Part shown: positions 52,915 through 61,844 of the stretch, piece by piece
Layout of the letters: every line of letters begins with the position of its first letter
Numbering within the stretch: the first letter of the stretch is position 1
Assembly: GCA_022561775.1 (NCBI GenBank)
Contig: JADFQO010000010.1
Coordinates: forward strand, 2,029-66,028
Reading direction: 5' to 3'
From: Myxococcales bacterium
GTDB taxonomy: Bacteria; Myxococcota_A; UBA9160; SMWR01
DNA: 64,000 nucleotides
The notes under the pieces: generated by a model
The model's database searches: none
Seen by the model: the letters and a program-made list of their open reading frames with translations, nothing else
Told to the model about the DNA's origin: nothing
Made by a program: the position numbers and the translations under genes

Positions 52915-54219
52915 TCAGCCGATGACCTGAACGGGGAGCTGGAAGGTGACCGCGGTGCCTCGGCCCGCGTCGCTGATCACGGAAACGCCACCGCCCATCA
53001 GCACCACCAGATCGCGCACCAAAGCCAGCCCGAGGCCCGCTCCCGCATAGCTGCGGGACGACGACTCATCCACCTGGAAGAACTCTTCGAAAATCTGGGG
53101 CTGGTCGTCCGGGCAAATGCCGATTCCAGTGTCGCGCACTTCGCATTCGAGCTGGTCATTCTCGAGCTTTGTGCTGATGGTGATCTGCCCGCGAGGCGTG
53201 AACTTGACCGCGTTTTCGAGCAACAGGTAGAGGATCTGATTCACCTTGGCGAGGTCTGTTCGAATTTTCGGAAAGGACTCGCTGAATCGCTGCTCGACGG
53301 TGACCGGTTTTTCCGAGATGCGATCCTGGACGCTGAAGATCGCCTCGTCGACCACCTCCCGGAAGTTGACTTCCTGAATTTCCATGGGTAACTCGCGCTG
53401 CTTGATCTTCCAGAGATCCAGGATGTTCTGGAGCGTCCTCAGGAACTCGGTCCCGTCGTCTAGCGCGGACCGCAGACTCACCTTGGAGCTGTCCGAGAGC
53501 GTCTCGTTCTCGCCCGTCAGGACCGAGATGATCGACTCGATGATGCTGTTGAGCGGCGTTCGGAGTTCTCGCGACATCTTCTCGATGAAGTCGTTCTTGA
53601 GCTTCTCGATCTTCCCGAGTTTTTCGGTGTTTCGCAGAAGCTCGATATCCTGGGCAAAGAGCGCTTCGGAGAGTTCGAGCACATCCTGGCTGTTGTCGTG
53701 GGAACCTTCGGTGTTCAGATGCTTCACGAGTTCCGTTCTTGCAGACTCGAGTTCTTCGCGAAGGCGGGTGTGATCGAGAAGCAGCGCGAGATTCGACGCT
53801 TCGCGCTTAACGGAGTCAGATAGTTCGGCTTGGATCGAGTTCGGGGCGCCCACGGCCAGGGCGCCGTGGGATCGATCGTCCAGGACCATCGGGACGATGA
53901 GCAGGCCGCCCTTGCTGCGCTCCTCCAAAGCGGGAAGCGCGCCGAGCCGCTGTTCGGTTCCCGTGGCGATCACCTCGCGAACGGTGGTCATCAGCGCTTG
54001 CGCGGCGTTGCTGGCGGCCTCCGCCATCGGGAATCCGGCGGCTGCTCGAAGGCGCGTGGTGTTTTCAGGGGAGCCATTTTCCAGTGCGGCCACGAAGATC
54101 AGCGCCACACCGCCACCGGCCCGCTCGGCTAACCGGGACGCACTCGCCCGCAGCTCAGCTGCGAGTCGCTGCCTGCGGGACGTGCTCTGCCCGGCATCGG
54201 TCACGGTGCCCACAGACAT
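52915..54219 (-). CDS. GAF-domain sensor histidine-kinase homologue lacking the phospho-acceptor histidine
   Basis: N-terminal GAF-like domain, coiled coil, then a DHp H-box reading FIEKMSRELRTPLNSI (Arg, codon cga at 53569-53571, where SHELRTPL is expected). The N-box ENAVKFT, G1 DTGIGI, F-box and G2 GAGLGLALV are intact. Confidence 0.8.
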   Translation of the reverse strand: MSVGTVTDAGQSTSRRQRLAAELRASASRLAERAGGGVALIFVAALENGSPENTTRLRAAAGFPMAEAASNAAQALMTTVREVIATGTEQRLGALPALEERSKGGLLIVPMVLDDRSHGALAVGAPNSIQAELSDSVKREASNLALLLDHTRLREELESARTELVKHLNTEGSHDNSQDVLELSEALFAQDIELLRNTEKLGKIEKLKNDFIEKMSRELRTPLNSIIESIISVLTGENETLSDSSKVSLRSALDDGTEFLRTLQNILDLWKIKQRELPMEIQEVNFREVVDEAIFSVQDRISEKPVTVEQRFSESFPKIRTDLAKVNQILYLLLENAVKFTPRGQITISTKLENDQLECEVRDTGIGICPDDQPQIFEEFFQVDESSSRSYAGAGLGLALVRDLVVLMGGGVSVISDAGRGTAVTFQLPVQVIG

Positions 54220-54229
54220 GCCTCCGCGC

Positions 54230-55378
54230 CTAGAACCGCGAATCCGAATCGATTTCGAACGGGCCCTCTACCTTCGCTTCGACCTCGTCCTCGACAGCGT
54301 CCGGATCACCTCCTTCGAGAGCCAGCTTGGTCCTGAAGTCGGTTGGGTTCGATGCAGCGCCCAACGCGGTTTCGACCGAGATCTTGTTTGCGCGCAGGAG
54401 GTCGAGAAGGTGTTGATCGAAGGTCTGCATCATTTCGCTACCTCCGCGCGCGATGTAGTCCTCAATCTCACAGGTCTTGGCGGGATCCTTGATGCATTCC
54501 TGGATGCTTCGTGTGCTCCGCATGACCTCGACGGCCGGCACGCGCGAGTTCTGCTTCTTGGTGGGAAGGAGCCGCAGGCAGATGATTGCCGCGAGGTTGT
54601 CGGCGAGACGCGCCCGCACCTGCAGCTGCTCTTCTGCGGGGAAAAACGAAACCAGCCGATTGATCGTGGAGCGCACATCGTTGGTGTGAATTGACGAGAG
54701 CACGAGGTGTCCGGTCTCGGACGCCTTGAGCGAAGTGTCCACGGTGATCTGGTCCCGCATCTCGCCGACCATGATGCAGTCGGGATCCTGGCGCAGCGCC
54801 GCCCTCAGCGCGTCGGGAAACGACGTGGTATCGGTGCCGACCTCTCGCTGGGTGATGATGCTCTTGTCGTGCGTGAAGACGAATTCGATCGGATCCTCGA
54901 TCGTGACGATCTTCGCTTTCCGGGTGTGGTTGATCTCTTCGATCATCGTGGCAAGCGTGGTCGACTTGCCCATTCCGGTCGAGCCGGTGACGAGCACATA
55001 GCCCCGCTGCAAACGCGCTACATCGCGCAACGCACTCGGGAGATTCAGCTCTTCGAAGGTGCGAATCTGCAGCGGAATGACCCGTAGGACGATGTTGTAG
55101 CAGCGCCGCTGGCGCGAGATGTTGATGCGGAACCGGCCCTCGCTCGGCAGTTCGAACGCGAGATCCAGCTCGTTGAAGTCACCGAACTTCTTGTCGTCGG
55201 CCTCGGCCAGGATTCGGGCGATCGCTTCCGTATCCTTCGCGGTCAGGACCTTGTAGCGGAGCTCGACAAGGTCACCGTTGAATCGATAGAGGGGTAGATA
55301 TCCCACCTGGAAGTGGATATCCGAAGCTCCCTTCTCGATTCCGAGACGCAGGAGCCGATATAGCTTGTCGCGGTCCAT
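54230..55378 (-). CDS. pilT: PilT-family type IV pilus retraction-type ATPase
   Basis: Walker A GSTGMGKST, Asp box TIEDPIEF, Walker B DCIMVGEMRD, His box GHLVLSSIHTND, and the C-terminal MQTFDQHLLDL block. It ends 10 nt before the kinase-like gene. Confidence 0.88.
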   Translation of the reverse strand: MDRDKLYRLLRLGIEKGASDIHFQVGYLPLYRFNGDLVELRYKVLTAKDTEAIARILAEADDKKFGDFNELDLAFELPSEGRFRINISRQRRCYNIVLRVIPLQIRTFEELNLPSALRDVARLQRGYVLVTGSTGMGKSTTLATMIEEINHTRKAKIVTIEDPIEFVFTHDKSIITQREVGTDTTSFPDALRAALRQDPDCIMVGEMRDQITVDTSLKASETGHLVLSSIHTNDVRSTINRLVSFFPAEEQLQVRARLADNLAAIICLRLLPTKKQNSRVPAVEVMRSTRSIQECIKDPAKTCEIEDYIARGGSEMMQTFDQHLLDLLRANKISVETALGAASNPTDFRTKLALEGGDPDAVEDEVEAKVEGPFEIDSDSRF

Positions 55379-55603
55379 CGCTCGTCAGCCTCCAAGAGGA
55401 TGGAGTACCCAATCCCAATTGGGATCCCGATGTTCGTATCGGCGTTTCAGACGGCGGCTTGACCTCGATTCGTTGGTAGGGAGGATGCTGTCGGGCGCTG
55501 CTGGCGATTGCGCTGGAGCGGGTCCGGAACGGGATCTCGCGCTCTTTCGCTATGTTGAATGCCGCTGGAGCGCAGTGCGTCTACCGGATGCCAGGGTATT
55601 CGA

Positions 55604-56113
55604 ATGGTGAAGTGGTGTTGGAAATTTCCTCGAATCCGGAAACGCGGCGTTGCTGCGTTCGGCGGGCTCTGGCTGGTCTGGCTGGTCGTGCCCCTCGTGG
55701 GCGCTGTAGCTGCGGACGGAGAGGTCGAATCTCCGCCCGGGAGCGTGACCCTCGATCAACTGCTCACCCTACCGTCGGCGCTTCCGGTCGATTCGGGCCA
55801 GCGCGCGGGTCAGACCCGCGCGGAGTGGAACAGCCGGTTTGCAGAAGCGGAATCAGCAGTCGAGACCGCGAAGACGGACCTCGATGAGTCCCTCGACAAG
55901 CTCTCGGAGTTGGTCGGGAAGAAGGGCAACTGGAAGATTGCGGCGCCGGGTGTGCAGGCCGCGGTTGATGACGACTCCCCAGTAGACTACGGACTCAAAC
56001 AGCAGATCCGACGCAATCGAGAAGAAGTCGTGCGCACGGAGCGAGCGCTTCGCGACTTGATCGTCGAGGCCAATCTCGCGAGCGTTCCCAAAAATTGGTA
56101 CAGCGAGCGCTAG
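55604..56113 (+). CDS. Secreted hypothetical protein with coiled-coil segment
   Basis: Signal peptide MVKWCWKFPRIRKRGVAAFGGLWLVWLVVPLVGAVAA from ATG 55604. No recognisable catalytic motif. Confidence 0.5.
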   Translation: MVKWCWKFPRIRKRGVAAFGGLWLVWLVVPLVGAVAADGEVESPPGSVTLDQLLTLPSALPVDSGQRAGQTRAEWNSRFAEAESAVETAKTDLDESLDKLSELVGKKGNWKIAAPGVQAAVDDDSPVDYGLKQQIRRNREEVVRTERALRDLIVEANLASVPKNWYSER

Positions 56114-56130
56114 CCGCCCGAGGTGCGATT

Positions 56131-57324
56131 TCAACGGCTCCGAATGTCGAGCGACCCCGCGTCGATGCGGCTGGCCGCGCGCGGCAAGAATGCGAACGCG
56201 GGCAGGGCCATCACGGCGGTCAACGCAAAGTACGCCGCGTAATCGAGTCGCTCGGTCAAGAAGCCGGACAAGCTCGCGGCGGGAATGCCCGGCAGTCGAT
56301 AGGCGGCGGTGAGCAGCGCGTACTGAACGGCCGCGTGCTCCCGCTGGCAGATGTTCATCAGGTAGGAGAGAAACGCAGCGGACACCAAGCCGCTGCAGAG
56401 CGACTCGGTGAGCGCCGCCGCGTAGATGCCGATGCGGCCGAGTTCGGGAAATGCGGCGGCCGTTGAGTAACCGAGGTTCGAAAAGAGCGCGAGGGCGCCG
56501 AAGATCCAAAGCCCCCGCGCAATGCCCATGCGGTAGACCCCCCAGCCGCCGAGGATCGCACCGAGCACGTAGGCCGCGATGCCCAGGGCCTTCGAGACCA
56601 GAGCGATCTCTTCGTCCGAGAAACCACGGTCTACCCAGAACGTGCTGAGCATCGGGCCCATCGCGAGGTCGCCGATTCGGTAGAGCATCACGAAGACGAT
56701 GACCGCGGCACCGTGGCTCTCGCCGAGCCAACGTTTCAACGCGGGCCAGGGTTCTCGGCGCCCCGGATCCGGAACGGCGACGCGCGGTGCAGCGAAGACC
56801 GCGGCCGCCATGCACGCACTGAGCAAGGCAGCCACCGCGAAGGTTCCCGGCCAGCCGATCCAACGCGGCAGAAAGAGCAAGGCGGTCGCGAGCAGCATTC
56901 CGCCGCGGTAGGCGGTCGCCTTCATCGAGTTGACGGGCCCTTCCGCGCCGCGTTCGGTGATGCTGATCGAGTAGGCGTCGATCGCGATGTCCTGGGTCGC
57001 GGACGCGAGGCAGTAGACGCAGAAGGCGATCCAGAGCGGAGTGGAGATGGGGTGCGGGTCACTCTGCGAGATCGAGAAGATCGCCACGGTCATGACCGCC
57101 ATCGATCCGGCCACCCATTGACGCCGTTCTCCGAAGCGATCGATCAGGGGCGACCAGAGCACCTTCAGCGTCCACGCGAAACCGAGCGCTGAGAGCAGCC
57201 CGACCTCGGCGAGAGAGGCGCCGTGTCGGCGCAGGTAGATGGGCCACAGCTCGTGGACTCCCATCGGGAAGCCCTCGATCAGATAGACGAGCGCGATGAT
57301 CGGAAGCGTGCGCCGGAGGTTCAC
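56131..57324 (-). CDS. ampG: MFS transporter, AmpG-like muropeptide permease
   Basis: 12-TM MFS with LKVLWSPLIDRFGERRQW, matching the AmpG KFLWSPLMDR signature. Confidence 0.7.
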   Translation of the reverse strand: MNLRRTLPIIALVYLIEGFPMGVHELWPIYLRRHGASLAEVGLLSALGFAWTLKVLWSPLIDRFGERRQWVAGSMAVMTVAIFSISQSDPHPISTPLWIAFCVYCLASATQDIAIDAYSISITERGAEGPVNSMKATAYRGGMLLATALLFLPRWIGWPGTFAVAALLSACMAAAVFAAPRVAVPDPGRREPWPALKRWLGESHGAAVIVFVMLYRIGDLAMGPMLSTFWVDRGFSDEEIALVSKALGIAAYVLGAILGGWGVYRMGIARGLWIFGALALFSNLGYSTAAAFPELGRIGIYAAALTESLCSGLVSAAFLSYLMNICQREHAAVQYALLTAAYRLPGIPAASLSGFLTERLDYAAYFALTAVMALPAFAFLPRAASRIDAGSLDIRSR

Positions 57325-57340
57325 CCCTACCCCTGCCGCA

Positions 57341-57466
57341 GTCTAGCGGGCGAATCCTCTGGATTCGCTTGCGACGTTACGCGATCCCAGAATGGGATCG
57401 CGCTCCTAGCGGGCGAATCCTCTGGATTCGCTTGCGACGTTACGCGATCCCAGAATGGGATCGCGC
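57341..57466. repeat. Two identical tandem 63-bp units of the double-hairpin REP-like element
   Basis: ctagcgggcgaatcctctggattcgcttgcgacgttacgcgatcccagaatgggatcgcgctc x2. Each unit holds two hairpins: gcgaatcc/ggattcgc and gcgatccca/tgggatcgc. Confidence 0.9.
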
Positions 57467-57596
57467 TCCGAGCCATCCGACCGGGGCCGGCCGAGCGAGG
57501 CAGCCGATCGCTCGGCGCGAAGTGGTCGACGGGCCAATCGAAGCCAGCTAGATTGGGCCGCCGTCGAACTGCCGCACGGAGCGAAGGGGGAACGCG

Positions 57597-57725
57597 ATGG
57601 ATGAACAACCGCGAGGCAAGAACGACCTGGCCGCCAAGCTCTACGTCGCGTTTGGCATCCCCGCGATCATCCTCTTCATGGTCGTTCTGTTCTCGTTCAC
57701 GCGCTCCTGCGGAATCCCGGCCTGA
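57597..57725 (+). CDS. Possible 42-aa single-TM peptide
   Basis: Not in the ORF track. ATG is preceded by AAGGGGGA at 5-nt spacing. MDEQPRGKNDLAAKLYVAFGIPAIILFMVVLFSFTRSCGIPA*. Confidence 0.35.
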   Translation: MDEQPRGKNDLAAKLYVAFGIPAIILFMVVLFSFTRSCGIPA

Positions 57726-57930
57726 AGCCCAGATAGCGACCCCGTTCCCGACGCCAATCGCCCTCGGCCTCGCGTGCGCGGCTTGCTGCGCCCTACCTGC
57801 GGTTCCCCGGGCACGCAGTTTCCTGTGCATCCTTCGAAAGCGGCAGCTGAACTCTCCAGAATGATTTTTATCTATATATTACAGGCACTTAGAGCTAAGG
57901 GAGCGCACTCGTCCGCCGATGTAACCCTCA

Positions 57931-58635
57931 ATGGGGAAATCAACACATCGGTTGACTTTCGCGGCGGCATTCGGGCTCGCTGTGTGTCTCGGCTGGGGCT
58001 GCGCGGGCGCGTTCAACGGGCCGTTCGCGTATCGGTATTTCACCGAGCCGCCCGTCGACGATGCCTGGGGGCCCAAGATCGAAGTCTGGCAGGCCCGCGA
58101 GCGGGCCGAGCGGCACGCGTCGGACTCCGAGGCCCCGACCCCGGCGGTTGCGTCGGGTGCGGATTCGGGGGCTGCGTCCGACCGCCCCTCCGACCTTCGG
58201 TTCAAGTACACCCAATTCCGTCAGGAGAACAAACGCGCTCTGGCTCGCGAATTGGCGGACTGGATTCAGAAGCAGGCCCAGCAGCACTACATCGCGGACG
58301 GGCCGATCGACCATTGGGCGACACTCGAAGAGACGTTTCAAACCAACGGCGACGACTGCGACGGCCTCGAGCTCCTCGTCTACCACCTGCTGCGCGATCT
58401 GGGATTTGGCGAAGACGAAGTCTTCCGGGCGATCGTCTATCGCCTCAGAGACAACCAGCACCACATGGTGACATTCTGGTTCGAAGACGCGAACGATCCC
58501 TGGGTGATCGATCCGACCGGCGCGATGACATCCGGAATGCCACGCATGTCCGAAGTGCCGGGCTGGGCTCCGCTCAAGGTCTTCAGCGAAAACAGCAACT
58601 ACGATGTCGAGCAGCAGCGGGTCGCCCAGCAGTAG
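57931..58635 (+). CDS. Secreted transglutaminase-like cysteine peptidase (BTLCP-like)
   Basis: Signal peptide, then a Cys-His-Asp arrangement, GDDCDGLELLVYHLL ... HHMVTFWF ... VIDPTG, as in bacterial transglutaminase-like cysteine proteinases. An AT-rich patch (57860-57885) lies upstream. Confidence 0.65.
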   Translation: MGKSTHRLTFAAAFGLAVCLGWGCAGAFNGPFAYRYFTEPPVDDAWGPKIEVWQARERAERHASDSEAPTPAVASGADSGAASDRPSDLRFKYTQFRQENKRALARELADWIQKQAQQHYIADGPIDHWATLEETFQTNGDDCDGLELLVYHLLRDLGFGEDEVFRAIVYRLRDNQHHMVTFWFEDANDPWVIDPTGAMTSGMPRMSEVPGWAPLKVFSENSNYDVEQQRVAQQ

Positions 58636-58710
58636 CGCCAGATCGAATCCGCCTTCCGACCCGCCCCAAAAGAACACAGCCCCCGGCTCCCCGAAGCAGG
58701 CCCCAGGTTC

Positions 58711-60741
58711 CTAGTCGGTTTCTTCGACCTCGAGCTCGAGCTGCTTGCGCTGCTCGGCGGCGCGTTTTCGCGCCTTGGCGCGCTCGCGCCCAATTTCGAG
58801 CAGCAGCTCCTTGCGCACCCTCTCGGCCTGTTCGCGCTCCGCGGAGACACGAAGGTGTTTGAGGTTGCGCAAGCAATCCTCGAGCAATCGGTTGTGTCGA
58901 ACTCCGAGGTCTGTGGGAACCGGCAGGGGCTCAGCGGCGGGCTCGTGGACGATGTGGAGCACTTCGACAGCCTCGACGCCATCCGTTGAACGCGCCGCAA
59001 TCTGGATTGTGTTGGAGCCGGGCACCGTCTTCACGAACCCGCCCCAGCTTCCGTCGGCGGTCACCCGGAACGGGTCGGCTTCGTTTCCCGTCGTCTCACT
59101 TCGAAGCATCACGTCTTCGAGGTTGGCGAAGTTCAACGCATCCACGACTGCTGAGAGTTCGCCAGGGTGGCGGACCGGAATGAACGATCCTCCCGTCATA
59201 TCGGCGAGTTCCACACTCGCGATGGGGCCGGCCAACGCCTCCGAACCGATCGCAAAGGAGTGGATGCGAATTCCGGCTTTATGCGCCCTCCGCGCCGATT
59301 GACGCACGGCCCGCGTGTTGTCGGATTGCGCCAGTGGACCGAATGGCAGGGTGGGTTGGCCGTCCGTAAAGAAGAAGACCAATTTCTCGGAGTCGACGAT
59401 CTTTTCCGAACGCGATCCATACAGTCCGAGCAACTCCGTCGTGGCGTGGTCGACGGCGCCGGATATGTGGGTCTGGCCGTGCGGCTCCGCGCGCAGGATG
59501 AAGTCGAGAGCGCGTTCGACCCGGGCGTATTCGCTGGTGAGTGGCTCTCGGGTCAGCGCGGGCGGGCCGGTCTCTCTTTTTCCATCGCCACCGGCAAAGG
59601 TGATCACCGCAACCCGGGTCGTACGCGGATCGAGATCCCGCAAGATCTGGCGCGCGGCGGCAACCTCAGCGGCCAGAACGGAGTCTCCTTTGTCGGTGCT
59701 GCCGCCGAACAGCGAAGAGATTCGGCCGCGCTGCCTCGCTCCGATCACGCCGTTGCCGTTGATGTCGACTCCGGTCGATTCTGCGGTCGAACCGGAAGTG
59801 TCCAGCACGAGCGCGACGTCGAAGCGCTTCGAGCGATCGCTCAGCGCCATGGCGCGGCCGGCCACGAAGGTGCCGCACGCCGAGTCCGAGACCACGGCGC
59901 CATCGCCCGGAAATTCGATTTCCAGGTGGATGTTCGTCCGATCCGGCAGCGGAAGGATGAGGGGCTGTCTTTGGGTTCGCGCGCTCTCGTCGCTTCGCGG
60001 CGCGGGAGCCTCGGCGAGTTTGGCGAAACTCTGGCCGGCCGCTCTCACGCGGAGTCCTGCGAGCGCGTTTTGCACCGCGCCGATCGGCCCCACCATGAGC
60101 CGCGGATTCGAAGCGCTCGAAATGCTTCCCTGCACGATGCCGATCACGCGCCCCGATGCGGATGCGATCACGGGTGCGCCGCCCCAGCCACGAAGATCGA
60201 AGGGCGCTTCGAGATTCAGCTGGATCTGCTCCGCAGAGGCTTCCCAGATCTGCCCGCGCAAGACGACTTCGTTGCCACCTCCCTTCGCGGGAATTCCGAG
60301 GATCTCGACGGCGTCGCCTTTCGTCAGGCCGGCGAGCTTCGCAGCGCTCTCCAATTCGAGGACGCGGACCCCGTTGGGAGCGGAATCCAGCGCGTAGATG
60401 AAGAAGTCGCCGGCCACGCTTCCCCCAGGCGCGTCGAACGGAATGCCTGGCGCTACGAGTAGGCGCGTCGAGGTCGAGATCAGATCCCACGACCCGCCGA
60501 GGCGAAACTCGACCCGGCCGAGCCTGGCGATGTCGGGGATTCTCAGGCTGTGGGCAGTACCGATCGCGGCGACCGCGCCGGTCTGCTCGACCTCGGTGAA
60601 AAAGACGGTTCCGCTGCTTTGCAACGCGGCGTGCTTTGAAAGGGTCGGCCGCGCGACCGCGGGCTCGGCAAGCGCCTGCTCGGGCATGCTCGATGCGAAC
60701 ACGGCGAGCGGAAACAGCGCGAGTAGGAGGTTCCGCGTCAC
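58711..60741 (-). CDS. Secreted multidomain protein: degenerate trypsin-like domain + vWA domain + C-terminal coiled coil
   Basis: Likely GTG 60741 start (VTRNLLLALFPLAVFASS signal; ORF track TTG 60849). The trypsin-fold blocks GTAHSL and DFFIYALD are present, but the nucleophile motif reads GWGGAP instead of GDSGGP. The vWA MIDAS is intact (LVLDTSGST, FFFTDGQPT). The C-terminal tail is charged and helical. Confidence 0.7.
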   Translation of the reverse strand: MTRNLLLALFPLAVFASSMPEQALAEPAVARPTLSKHAALQSSGTVFFTEVEQTGAVAAIGTAHSLRIPDIARLGRVEFRLGGSWDLISTSTRLLVAPGIPFDAPGGSVAGDFFIYALDSAPNGVRVLELESAAKLAGLTKGDAVEILGIPAKGGGNEVVLRGQIWEASAEQIQLNLEAPFDLRGWGGAPVIASASGRVIGIVQGSISSASNPRLMVGPIGAVQNALAGLRVRAAGQSFAKLAEAPAPRSDESARTQRQPLILPLPDRTNIHLEIEFPGDGAVVSDSACGTFVAGRAMALSDRSKRFDVALVLDTSGSTAESTGVDINGNGVIGARQRGRISSLFGGSTDKGDSVLAAEVAAARQILRDLDPRTTRVAVITFAGGDGKRETGPPALTREPLTSEYARVERALDFILRAEPHGQTHISGAVDHATTELLGLYGSRSEKIVDSEKLVFFFTDGQPTLPFGPLAQSDNTRAVRQSARRAHKAGIRIHSFAIGSEALAGPIASVELADMTGGSFIPVRHPGELSAVVDALNFANLEDVMLRSETTGNEADPFRVTADGSWGGFVKTVPGSNTIQIAARSTDGVEAVEVLHIVHEPAAEPLPVPTDLGVRHNRLLEDCLRNLKHLRVSAEREQAERVRKELLLEIGRERAKARKRAAEQRKQLELEVEETD

Positions 60742-60854
60742 AGGGCGGCCACGATACGGAAGCGAAAACGCGCTGTCACGAAGCGGCCCGGCGCTCTTGT
60801 GGTAGCCTTGCGGCACGGTTGCGCGGCGCGCACCTCCCTGCGGTTCCAAACATC

Positions 60855-61700
60855 ATGACACCCTCCAAGCCCGAACGGATGCAGCGTTCCTTGAATCGGT
60901 TTCGAGACAGCGGGAAGCCCGTGGGGCTCGTGGAACTCGCCCAGCAGTTGCTCGCGGTCGAGACCGCGATCGATCCAGGGCTCGCTCGCCGCATCGTGGG
61001 CCTCGCGTTGGATCGGGCGCCGCAGTCGCTCCCCGATTGGTTGAGCCCGGGTGACCTTCGATCGGATGCCGAATTCGAGGTGGCCGATCAGAAGATCGCA
61101 TCCGCGGATTTCGTCGTGGTCGACCTCGAGACGACCGGCTTCGATGTCGAGGGTGCGTCGATTCTCGAGATCGGGGCGATCCGGGTTTCGCGGCTGCGGA
61201 TCGTCGACCGCTTCGAGACCTTGGTGAAGCCACCGGGAAAGCTGCCGCGCGCGATCGTCGCACTGACCGGTATCCACGACGCGATGGTCGCAGAAGCGCC
61301 CACCGAGAGACGCGCGCTGCGGTCCTTTGCGCGCTGGCTCGATCGGACGCCCACGGCTCCCTTTGTCGCCCACAATGCCTCCTTCGATCACCGCTTCGTC
61401 ACCCGCGCCCTCGATCTGTGTGAACTTCCCCCCTATCGCGGAGCGGTGCTGTGCACGCGAAAGCTCGCGCGCCGGTTGATCCCCGAACTCGGCCGCTACA
61501 ACCTGGATCAGCTGTGTGCCCACTTCGGCATCTCCAATCGCGCGCGACACCGAGCCCTGGGTGATGCGGAGGCCACCGCGCAGGCACTGATCGATCTGCT
61601 CGAAATCGCCCAGAGCCGGCTTAAAATGCGCAGCCTCGGGGAGCTGATCGATTTTCACCGGCGGCCACCCGCACAGCGGAAGCGTCGCCCGAAGCGATGA
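60855..61700 (+). CDS. DEDDh 3'-5' exonuclease (DnaQ/epsilon-like) with ~95-aa N-terminal extension
   Basis: ATG 60855. Exo I VVDLETTG, Exo II AHNASFDHRF, Exo III HRALGDAEA. Confidence 0.8.
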   Translation: MTPSKPERMQRSLNRFRDSGKPVGLVELAQQLLAVETAIDPGLARRIVGLALDRAPQSLPDWLSPGDLRSDAEFEVADQKIASADFVVVDLETTGFDVEGASILEIGAIRVSRLRIVDRFETLVKPPGKLPRAIVALTGIHDAMVAEAPTERRALRSFARWLDRTPTAPFVAHNASFDHRFVTRALDLCELPPYRGAVLCTRKLARRLIPELGRYNLDQLCAHFGISNRARHRALGDAEATAQALIDLLEIAQSRLKMRSLGELIDFHRRPPAQRKRRPKR

Positions 61701-61844
61701 GGCTCGGCTTGGTTCGGCCGTTCTTCAGCTTCACCCTCGAGAGGAGTCGAACCACCCGCTGAGTCGTCCCTCGACCGGTCGAGGGAAGCCCACCCGCACC
61801 CGAAGCGCCGAACTCCGTGGTAAGGTGGCCGTGGGGGAAAACGG

